Assembly: GCF_004010195.1 (NCBI RefSeq)
Contig: NC_057719.1
Location: 13,883,753-13,935,472 of the forward strand
DNA: 51,720 nt
From: Chiloscyllium plagiosum
Lineage: Eukaryota
Direction: 5' to 3'
Every line of letters begins with the position of its first letter. Within the stretch, counting starts at the first letter, position 1. The translations under genes were made by a program, and so were the position numbers. The notes beneath the pieces were generated by a model. It worked only from the letters and a program-made list of their open reading frames with translations, had not been told where the DNA came from and searched no databases. Below, piece by piece: positions 36,504 to 47,205 of this stretch.

Positions 36504-37004
36504 AACTATCAAACAGGCAGTGTTGAAATACTCTTCAGAGAACAGCTCACTATCTCCTTCTCAAGGGTATTTAGGATTGGCAAATGATCATTTTGTCTGA
36601 ATGAATAAAAGTAATGACACCAGTACCGTGGGCATCCTATCTGCTGGTGCAGCTGAAAAAAGACCCAATTTACAGCTCTAACAAGTTTACAGTTAATTAT
36701 CATGTGCTGGTGGTGGTGTTAGGTGGGGTTTAAAAAATGCTTAATAACAGCCACCTTTAAAATAAAATCATTTTCAAAGTGGAAATATTGCATTTATTGC
36801 CATTCCATAGTAACCTTGAAATCTAAATCAAAACTCTTGAATACTGGTCTATTGTAGATAGTAAAAGGCAGCCCCAAAATATGGAACTGAGGTCACGTGT
36901 ATACTTGACTGAGTAGAGGATGACAAGTTTCCTATTCCACAGGAGTTGAGTGAACCAGTCTTATTCCTAAAGCAATCTCTTACAAATGATCAGAGATATG
37001 CTGC

Positions 37005-37995
37005 AATTCTGGAGAGCGCTGGTTAGACCACACTTGGAATATTGTGTTCAGTTCTGGTTACTTTATTTTGGGCAGGATGTGGAAGCTTTAGAGAAAGTGC
37101 AGAGGAGATTTACCAGGATGTAGCCTGGACTAGAGGATATGTCTTAAGAAGAAAGGTTGAGGAAACTGCAGTAAAGAAGGGTGAGAGGTGACTTGATAGA
37201 GGTGTACAAGATGATGAGAGGCATTGGAAGAGTGGATAGTCAGAGGCTTTTTCCCAGGGCAGAAATGGCTATCACAAGGGGGCATAATTTTAAGGTGATT
37301 GGAGGAAGGTTTAGGGGAGATGTCAGAGGAAGTTGTTTACACAGAGAGTGGTGAGTGGGTGGAAGGCACTGCCAGCAGTAGTAGTAGAGTCAGATACATT
37401 CGGGACATTTAAGCAACTCTTGAATAGGCATGTGGATGATAGTAAAATGAAGGAGATGTAGCTTAGTTTGATCTTAGAATAGGATAAAAGGTCAGCACAA
37501 CATTGAGGACCGAAGGGCCTGTCATGTGCTGTATTGTTCTATCTTCTATGTTCTATATGCAATCTTTTGTGATCTTTCGAACTCAATGAGGGTGGGATTG
37601 GTTTCCTTGGAACAGAGAAGGCTGAGGGGGCGCCATAATTGAGGTATACAAAATTGTGAGGGATTGAGATAGAGTAGATGGGAGGAACCTGTTTCCCTTG
37701 GCAGCGAGTTCACAAACCAGGGGTTATAGATTCAAGCAAAGTGGCAGAAGGATTAGAGGGAACATCGGCAAAGCTTTTTCATGCAGAGGGTGGTGGGTGT
37801 CTGGAAATCACTGCCTGAGTTGGTGGTGGAGGAGAGACCTGGATCTGCAGCTAAAGTGCTGTAAGCTGCAGGGCTACGGGTCATCTGCAGGAATATGAGA
37901 TTAGAAAGGGTATCTGGGTGTCTTTGGGTTGGCATGGACAAGATGGGCTGAAGAGCCTCCTTTTGTGCTGTGTCCCCCATTTCTAAGGTTCTGTG
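37005..37995 (+). mobile_element. Two tandem CR1 LINE 3' ends (37005-37556 and ~37595-37995)
   Basis: [13 protein letters not shown] remnant and separate UTR/tails. Confidence 0.85.
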
Positions 37996-38706
37996 ATTGA
38001 CTGCTACTTTAACTCCAGTGATGTGCCACTGTTTTATTTCTCATGTATCTCCATTGGAGGAGATAGTAAAGGCATACTTGGAGGAAATAGGAGATCCTTC
38101 ACAACTGGATATTTATGCCAATGGAGATCTGATCCAACTTAGGTTTGATCCAGAGATGAGTGTCACTGTCTTACCCAACTGAACACCTTGCCTAAAACAC
38201 ATGAGGTTACAGCCTACAATCCTACAGGTATGTGGTGTAAGTGAAATGACCATTGACCTTAGAGGAATATTACAGGGGACACTACAGCATTAGGAATTCC
38301 CGATGTTCAAGTCTTCTAGAATCAACAAAACTCAGTCTTGAGTAACAAAGCATGCTTTCCCCTCAACATCCTGAAATTCATTGATATCGTTCAACCATTT
38401 CATATGAAACTACCTTTGACCCACCTCAGTAACACAACCGGTGGAAGACCTTGAGGGCTGTTGGGGCAGCCTGTAGTCAGAGGTGGCATAATATGGCTGC
38501 TTGTTGGCTTAAATATGGTGGAAAGTTTTAGCCACAATAATACGATTAGCTTATCTCCCCGACAAGGGCCTCAAAGATTAATGGCCGAACCTAAAAAGAT
38601 GTTTCAGTCAGCAAAAAAAAAAAAAAAACACTTTTTTAAAAGGTTCATCATTGATGGGATGTGGCTGTTGCTAATTGGGCCAGCGTTTGTTGCCCTGTCC
38701 CTAGTT

Positions 38707-39520
38707 ATAGAGTCATAGATTTGTGCAGCACGGAAACAGACCCTTCAGTACAATTCGTCCACACCGACCAGATATCCTAAATTAATCTAGTCCTATTTTA
38801 CCAGTACCTGGCCCATATTCCTCTAAACCCTTCTTATTCATATACCCATCCAGATGCCTTTTAAATGTTATAGCTTTCAGCCTCCACCACTTCCTCTAGC
38901 TGCTCATTCCATACACGCACCACCCTCTGCCTGAAAAAGTTGCCCCTTAAGTCCCTTTTAAATCTTTCCCTGCTCACCCTAAAGCTATGTCTCTAGTTCT
39001 GGACTCCCCCATCCCAGAGAGAAGACCTTGTCTATTTATCCTATCCATGTCCCTCATGATTTTGTAAACCTCTATAAAGTCACCCCTCAGCCTCAGGGAA
39101 AATAGCCCCAGCCTGATCAGCATCTCCCTATAGCTCAAATCCTCCAAACCTGGCAACATCCTTGTAAATCTTTCCTGAACCCGTACAAGTTTCACAACAT
39201 CCTTCTAATAGGAAGGAGACCAGAATTGCATGCAATGTTCCAAACGTGGCCTAATCAATGTTCTGTACAGCCACAGCATGACCTCCTAACTCCAGTACTC
39301 AATACTCTGTCCAATAAAAGAAAGCACACCAAACGCCTCCTTCACTACCCTATCTACTTTCAAGGAGCTATGAACATGCACTCCAAGGTCTCTTTGTTAG
39401 GTAACGCCCACGAGGACTTTACCATTAAGTGTATAAGTCCTGTCCTGATTTGCCTATTCCAGAATGCAGCACCTCACATTTATCTAAATTAAATTCAATC
39501 TGCCCCTCCTCAGCCCAGTT
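38707..39520 (-). mobile_element. CR1/HER1-like LINE 3' portion, nested in a second-family LINE tail
   Basis: RVQERFTRMLPGLEDLSYRE and FNLDKCEVLH. Confidence 0.9.
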
Positions 39521-40699
39521 GCTGTTGAGAAGGTGGTAGGGAGCAGCCTTCTTGAACCACTGCAGTCCAATCAAAGCAGGTAGACTGACAACGCTGCCAG
39601 AGAGTGAGTTCCAGCATTCTGACCCAGTCACACTGAAGGAATGGTGATATTTTTCCAAGTCAGGATGGTGAGTTGCTTGCCGGAGTATCTGATCTACTTC
39701 ACACTACCAGCACAGAAGGACACGCAGATTTCACTGGGCTATCGGACATGTTTTCTATCCCTGATACCACTGAGGAACCCCCAAAGGATAGCCTTCAGCA
39801 GAACTGAAACAACAAAATACTATTGCAAAACTAAATCATCCTGTCTTATCTGAGGTAATTGGTGTACTGTGAATGGAGCAATCACTGACAACACAGAAGA
39901 ACATACAGTGTGAGAAAAGAGATCCGACAGGTCTAACCTCTTGATAGAGATCAGATTCATGTTCAACGCAATATGTCTTCCATGAAAGACGTTCATGAAG
40001 TCAAAGATTTTCCAGATGGAAAACGAGTCCTCAACAAAAGACCTTTATGAGTTAAAGGATTGTCCAGAGGAGAAATAAACATATAATCAAGGTCAACAAG
40101 CCTCCGACCAGCAATGCCTTGACCTGTCAAGTCCAAATGTCTCCCCACCCACACCGCATCCCCCACCCCACCCACCCAATATCCTTGAAGTATTGTCAAA
40201 TCATCAGTTCATTTGAATTTAGTGTGAAGCTATAGTGATAAATGTAATATGGTTAGTTTTACAACTTTGAAAAAGCTTGTGGAGTATATAAGTTGCATTG
40301 TATAAGGTCATGGATATAAAAGAGTTAATCTACATGTGAAAGAGATGATCCACCCATTCTCATATATAGCAGGCAGGGGGAAAGGATGAGAAAGATGATC
40401 ATTCACGGTAAGCTCAGCCATGTCTAGGAATGGAACCTATACTGTTGGCACTACCCCACATCACGAAGCAACTATCCAGCCAACTGAGCTAACCATGGCC
40501 TTCTCATCAGTGTCACAACAGAGAGGATTTTTTTGATTTGAAAGCCTTCTTAAGAGAAACAAGTGACAATCTGGGTACCTTCTGGAAAAGCAATAAGGTT
40601 CAGGCTTGGAGGACTGAAGGGCCTGTTCCTGGGCTGTAAATTTTCTTTGTTCTTTGTTATTTTATCCAGTAGCATGAGGTCATTGGGTAAATGGACACC

Positions 40700-41648
40700 A
40701 ACAATGCATTCAACGTGGAGTGTTAAGGATTTAGATGGAGAGGAATTTCTAAGTGTGCACAAGAAAATTTTCTGATTCAGTATGTGGATGTACCTACTAG
40801 AGAAGGTGCACAACTTGACCTACTCTTGGGAAATAAGGCAGGGCAGGTGACTGAGGTGTCAGTGGGGGAGAACTTTGGGGCCAACGACCATAATTCTATT
40901 AAATTTAAAATAGTGATGGAAAAGGATAGACCAGATCTAAAAGTTGAAGTTCAAAATTGGAGAAAGGCCAATTTTGACAGTATTAGGCAAGAACTTTTGA
41001 AAGCTGATTGGGGGTAGATATTCGCAGGTAAAGGGACGGCTGGAAAATTGGAAGCCTTCAGGAATGAGATAACGAGAATCCAGAGAAAGTATATTCCTGT
41101 CAGGGTGAAAGGAAAGGCAGGTAGGTGTAGGGAATGCTGGATGACGAAAGAAATTGAGGGTTTGGTGAAGCCACAGAAAATGAGAGAGATACTAAATGAG
41201 TATTTTGCATCAGTATTTACTGTGGAAAAGGACATGGAAGATATAGACTGTAGGGAAATAGATGGTGACATCTTGAAAAATGTCCATATTACAGAGGAGG
41301 AAGTGCTAGATGTCTTGAAATGCATAAAGGTGGATAACTCCCCAGGACCTGATCAGGTGTATCCTAGAAGTCTGTGGGAAGCTAAGGAAATGACATAAAA
41401 GAGACCTAAGAGGCAACTTTTTCACACAGAGGGTGGTACGTGTATGGAATGAGCTGCCAGTGGAAACTGGTACAATTGCAACATTTAAGAGGCATTTGGA
41501 TGGGTATATGAATAGGAAGGGTTTGGAAGGATATCGACCGGGTACTGGCAGGTGGGACTAGATTGGGTTGGGATATCTGGTCGACATGGACAGGTTGGAC
41601 CGAAGGGTCTGTTTCCGTGCTGTACATCTCTATGTCTCTATGACTCTA
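40700..41648 (+). mobile_element. Internally deleted CR1 LINE: endonuclease/tether region joined to the 3' end
   Basis: PTREGAQLDLLLGN..GANDHNSI, ILNEYFASVFT, SPGPDQVYPR, then a jump to FTQRVV and the tail. Confidence 0.9.
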
Positions 41649-42892
41649 AATACCCATCTGGAGTTTTTTTTTACCTTGGGTGATCATCCTTGATTCCAAA
41701 GGTACTTGGCATGGTCAGCACAAGTGGTCACTGTGGATCACAGGGTTTCAGCTCCACCAACCCACCCCGATTCGTTCAATTCATTTTCACGGCTTGATCA
41801 ATGGGATTCTGGGCTGACATCATTCTGATAGTTGGTGTTGCACCAACAGCCAGAGGCTGTTCCATTTTCTGAGTAGCCTTTTGTCGCACCTTGCCTTGAA
41901 ACAATTCAACTGTGTAGCAGGATTGAGAATAAATCATGAGAAAAGCCAGAACTTGGGGAAAAGAAATCAAACGAAAAGCACTTCCGTTGTTACAAAATGC
42001 CATCTGCAGTGGCGAAGTGTGAGGGAGTGAGATGACAGAGAGAGTCGTGTGTCACAACAGGTCAAGATAAAAGCATCTAAATCTGCAGCGCCAAGGAAGC
42101 CAACACCAGGCAGCACTACTCAAAAGAGTGAGCAGCGCCAAGGGCCATTTTGTTCCTGTTTATTACTTTGTGCTCTTGGAGTAAACATAATTAAGTTGTT
42201 GCTCCTGGCTTCAACGTGTCTCTTGCACTTCAGTTAATTCCTTGAATTGAAGAGATTGCTTTATGTGCTTTCTGGTTGGTTGCTTGTCTCTTACCTGAGA
42301 TTGATATGAGAATTTACTTTTCTTTGCCCCCACTTTTACTCACCAGGTTTGTCAATACCTGCTTCCGAGCTCAGTTGGAGCGACTGTATTTATTTTAACC
42401 CTCAGTGTGACTTGCTCAAAACGCAACGGATTTACCCGAGTAATATTCCGGGAAACACTGTTCAACACCAGTAACACGCCCACAAAACTCTTGCCTCCTT
42501 GACTTGGGTCTCTGCAATGGCCAATGCATCGTCCCATCTATGTTATAACAATTCAACCAGCCTTTGAGGCTCCTTGTAGGCCTGGGATACAAACTGCAAT
42601 GATTTCATTCCAACACCGCACCAAGCCACGTTCATCTCTGCATGGGAGCTCTGAAAGTGACTGCGGATTTGAATTTCTGTGCCTTCACATCACTGCAGGA
42701 TACAACAGATGGTATTTTCAATATTCCCTGTATGGTCCTGTGCAGTCAATGGCTAAATACATGGCAGGTGAAGTATAATGTGGACAAAAGAGAGTTATCC
42801 ACTTTGGGAACAAAAAAAACAGGAAGGCAGGTTATTATCAGAACGATAGTAAATTTGGAAAGGGGGCAGTACAATGAGACCTGGGTGCCCTT

Positions 42893-43207
42893 GTAGATTA
42901 CATTACTTACAGTGTGGAAACAGGCCCTTCGGCCCAACAAGTCCACACCAACCCGCCGAAGCACAACCCACCCAGGCCCATTCCTCTACATTTACCCCTT
43001 CACCTAACACTATGGGCAATTTAGCATGGCCAATTCACCTGACCTGCACATTTTTGAACTGTGGGAGGAAACCGGAGCACCTGGAGAAACCCACGCAGAC
43101 ACGGGGAGAATGTGCAAACTCCACATAGTCACCTGAGGTGAGAATTGAAGCCAGGTCTCTGGCACTGTGAGGCAGCAGTGCTAACCACTGTGCAACCGTG
43201 CTGCCCA
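42893..43207 (-). mobile_element. Full-length HE1-like SINE
   Basis: Head, body and tail. Confidence 0.9.
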
Positions 43208-43225
43208 CACAAGTGCTGAAGGCAA

Positions 43226-43344
43226 GTGCCCTGTAGTGTGCAGGTTGGGTGGATTAGACATGGGAAATGTAGGGTTACAGGGATATGGTGGGCTGGTCCA
43301 CTTCGCGGGGTTACTGCACAGTAGGGATTCTGTGACTTGTACAG
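43226..43344 (+). mobile_element. 5'-truncated SINE variant, same subtype as 44479-44773
   Basis: 16-bp TSD CAAGTGCTGAAGGCAA at 43210-43225 and 43345-43360. Confidence 0.75.
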
Positions 43345-43447
43345 CAAGTGCTGAAGGCAAAATCATGCAGGTGCAGTAGGCAGTGAAGAAGGTAAATGGT
43401 ATTTTGGCCTTCATAACAAGAAGACTCAACTGCAGGACAGGGATTTA

Positions 43448-43968
43448 TTAGAATCCCTGCAGTGTGGAAACAGGCCCTTCAGCCCAACAAGTCCACACTA
43501 ACCCTCTGAAGAGTAACCCACCCAAACCCATTCCCCTACTCTGTATTAACCCCGACTACTGCAATTGACCTACACACCCCTGAACACTATTGGCAGTTTA
43601 GCATGGCCAATTCACCTGACCTGCAATATCTTTGGATCATGGCAGGAAACCAGAACAGGGAGTAAGTGAGGGCTGCAGATGCTGGAGATCATAGCTGAAA
43701 ATGTGTTGCTGGAAAAGCGCAGCAGGTCAGGCAGCATCCAAGGAGCAGGAGAATCGACGTTTCAGGCATAAGCCCTTCCTGCTCCTGCTCCTTGACCTGC
43801 TGCGCTTTTCCAGCAACACATTTTTCAGGAAACCAGAACACCCAGGGGAACCCACATGGACACGGGGAGAATGTGCAAATTCCACACAGACAGTCACCCA
43901 AGACTGGAATTGAACTCAGGTCCCTGGCACTGGGAGGCAGCAGTACTAACCACTGAGCTACCATGTTG
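43448..43968 (-). mobile_element. HE1-like SINE with a nested family B PLE (43658-43825)
   Basis: PLE TSD CAGGAAACCAGAACA at 43643-43657 and 43826-43840. Confidence 0.85.
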
Positions 43969-44478
43969 CTCTGGAACCCTTGCTGCAGTTGTACAGGGCT
44001 TTAGTGAGGCCACATCTGGATTATTGTGTGCAGTTTTGGTCTGGCAATAGCGGAAGTGCGATAAATGTTAACCAGACTGAATCCTGGGATGGCAGACTTA
44101 GTATGAAGCAAGGTTGGATCATTTCAGACTATATTATTTCGAAGGAATTTAGAAAAAAGGAGGGAATGTCATAGAAACTTACGAAATTCCGACATGATTA
44201 GACAGGGATATTGCAAGAGGAATGTTCTCATAGCTGGGAGTCCAGAACTGGAGATCACAGTCTAAGGTTACAGTGGAGGGCAATTAGGGCTGAGATGAGC
44301 AGAGATTTCTTCCCCCCCTGAGAGTGGTGAGCTGTTGGAATTCTCTGCAACAGAAAAGCAATTGAAGCCTAAACATTGAATGCTTTCAAGGAAGAGTTCA
44401 ATATTGTTCTTTGAGCTGAAGAGATCAATGGGTGTGGGGAGAAGGCAGGAACAGGGGACTGAGTTGGATGATCATCAA

Positions 44479-44773
44479 TGTCTCAGTGGTTAGCACTGCT
44501 GCCTCATAGCACCAGGAACTCAGGTTTGATTCCAACCTCAGGTGACTCTCTGAGTGGAGGATGGACATTCTCCCCGTGACTGCATGGATTTCTGCCAGGT
44601 GCTCCAGCTCCCCCCTCCCACAGTCCAGCAATATGCAGGTTAGGTGAGTTGGCCATACTAGGTTGCCCTGTAGTGTGCAGGTTGGGTGGATTAGCCATGG
44701 GAAATATGGCATTACAGGGATAAGGTGGGATGGTCCATTTCGCAAGGTTACTGCACAGTAGGGATTCTGTGAT
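44479..44773 (+). mobile_element. HE1-like SINE variant
   Basis: Partial head and variant tail GGTTACTGCACAGTAGGGATTCTGTGA. Confidence 0.85.
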
Positions 44774-44963
44774 GAGCCAATCATCATTCTGAATGGTGAA
44801 GCAAACTCCAAGGGCTGATGGCCTACTCCTGCTCCTATTGCCCCTGTTGACACAACAGCATCAGGCATGTGAAGGATGTGTCCTTTGTTAGAGCTGATGT
44901 CTTCATGTCCTGCTGAATATTCTCATAGAGGAGTCCCTTAGGGCTCAGGAAATTATTACCAAG

Positions 44964-45007
44964 ACACACACACACACACACACAAACACACATACACACA
45001 CACACAC
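44964..45007. repeat. (CA)n microsatellite
   Basis: Direct observation. Confidence 0.95.
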
Positions 45008-45609
45008 GTATCCATGAACAGAACAGTCTTCCACTCATCAGTGAAGAGATGGTGTGCACTGCTGTATGGTGTATCACACAAATCTATGCTGGGTTCTGAC
45101 AAAATGTCACTGACCTGAACACCGACTATACATTTCTCTCTGCAAATGGTGCCAGAGCTGCTGAGTGCTTACAACATTTCCTGTTTCCAGGAGAGACTTC
45201 CAACTTGCGTTGTTTTTCCTTTGTCTTCCCAAGACATTCACTGAATAATTGTTCTGACGTAATGGCCAGGTCATTGTTGCTGCTGGTTCAAGTGGGTCCA
45301 CAGAAATAACGTGACCGCTTAAATCCTGAATTAGGGGAAAAATGTAATCCTTGTGTTGGAGTTGGGAGGGTAATCCATGTCACAGACAAAGTAGATTAAT
45401 ATTCCAGCTCATTACATCATCCATTTCGATTTCAAGTTCTCAACAATATATTTTTATCAAAAGAAATTGATCCATGGTGAAACGACAGCATGTTTGTAAT
45501 AAGTCCGTCACATTGTATTATTACTTTGCTTCGCAATCAATAAACACACACAACAATCAATCTTTGATTTCACATTTGAAGTCTACCCGATGTCTCAAAA
45601 AAACAACTG

Positions 45610-46705
45610 GCCTCAGTGTAGACTGACACTCCCAGCCTCAGTGTGGACTCACTCTCCCAGCCTCAGTGTAGACTGACACTCCCGGCCTCAGTGTGGACTC
45701 ACTCTCCCAGCCTCAGTGTGGACTCACACGCCCGGCCTCAGTGTGGACTCACACTCCCAGCCACAGTGTGGACTCACTCTCCCGGCCTCAGTGTGGACTC
45801 ACTCTCCCGGCCTCAGTGTAGACTGACACTCCCGGCCTCAGTGTGGACTCACTCTCCCAGCCTCAGTGTGGACTCACACGCCCGGCCTCAGTGTGGACTC
45901 ACACTCCCAGCCTCAGTGTGGACTCACTCTCCCAGCCTCAGTGTAGACTCACACTCCCGGCCTCAGGGTGGACTCACAATCCTGGCCTCAGTGTAGACTC
46001 ACTCTCCCGGCCTCAGTGTAGACTCACTGTCCCAGCCTCAGTGTGGACTCACACTCCCGGCCTCAGTGAGGACTCACACTCCCGGCCTCAGTGTAGACTG
46101 ACACTCCCAGCCTCAGTGTGGACTCACACTCCCGGCCTCAGTGTGGACTCACACTCCCGGTCTCAGTGTAGACTGACACTCCCAGCCTCAGGGTAGACTG
46201 ACACTCCCAGACTCAGTGTAGACTCACACTCCCAGCCTCAGTGTAGACTGACACTCCCAGCCTCAGTGTTGACTCACACTCCCAGCCTCAGTGTGGACTC
46301 ACACTCCCAGTCTCAGTGTGGACTCACTCTCCCGGCCTCAGTGTAGACTCACTCTCCCGGCCTCAGTGTGGACTCACACTCCCGGTCTCAGTGTAGACTG
46401 ACACTCCCAGCCTCAGTGTAGACTGACACTCCCAGCCTCAGTGTAGACTCACACTCCCAGCCTCAGTGTAGACTGACACTCCCAGCCTCAGTGTTGACTC
46501 ACACTCCCAGCCTCAGTGTGGACTCACACTCCCAGTCTCAGTGTGGACTCACTCTCCCGGCCTCAGTGTGGAATCACTCTCCCGGCCTCAGTGTGGACTC
46601 ACTGTCCCGGCCTCAGTGTGGACACACTCTCCCGGCCTCAGGGTGGACTCACACTCCTGGCCTCAGTGTAGACTCACTCTCCCGGCCTCAGTGTAGACTC
46701 ACTGT
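45610..46705. repeat. 25-bp minisatellite CCTCAGTGT(G/A)GACT(C/G)AC(A/T)CTCCC(A/G)G, about 44 units, running into a gap
   Basis: Strict 25-bp period, homogeneous units. Confidence 0.97.
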
Positions 46706-47205
46706 NNNNNNNNNNNNNNNNNNNNNNNNNNNNNNNNNNNNNNNNNNNNNNNNNNNNNNNNNNNNNNNNNNNNNNNNNNNNNNNNNNNNNNNNNNNNNNN
46801 NNNNNNNNNNNNNNNNNNNNNNNNNNNNNNNNNNNNNNNNNNNNNNNNNNNNNNNNNNNNNNNNNNNNNNNNNNNNNNNNNNNNNNNNNNNNNNNNNNNN
46901 NNNNNNNNNNNNNNNNNNNNNNNNNNNNNNNNNNNNNNNNNNNNNNNNNNNNNNNNNNNNNNNNNNNNNNNNNNNNNNNNNNNNNNNNNNNNNNNNNNNN
47001 NNNNNNNNNNNNNNNNNNNNNNNNNNNNNNNNNNNNNNNNNNNNNNNNNNNNNNNNNNNNNNNNNNNNNNNNNNNNNNNNNNNNNNNNNNNNNNNNNNNN
47101 NNNNNNNNNNNNNNNNNNNNNNNNNNNNNNNNNNNNNNNNNNNNNNNNNNNNNNNNNNNNNNNNNNNNNNNNNNNNNNNNNNNNNNNNNNNNNNNNNNNN
47201 NNNNN
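46706..47205. other. Assembly gap (500 N)
   Basis: Run of N. Confidence 1.

Larger units (their letters stand above)
42745..44480 (+). mobile_element. CR1 LINE hosting three SINE insertions and one PLE
   Basis: Collinear CR1 segments ([38 protein letters not shown]) separated by insertions. Confidence 0.8.

Noticed and set aside
6475..44560. tRNA genes at SINE heads, including 22653-22720 and 40425-40500
   Set aside because: A and B boxes are present, but the sequences are degenerate and continue into SINE bodies; no intact cloverleaf is supported.
45610..46705. CRISPR-like regularly spaced hairpin repeats
   Set aside because: Head-to-tail units with no unique spacers, no cas genes, and a eukaryotic context.
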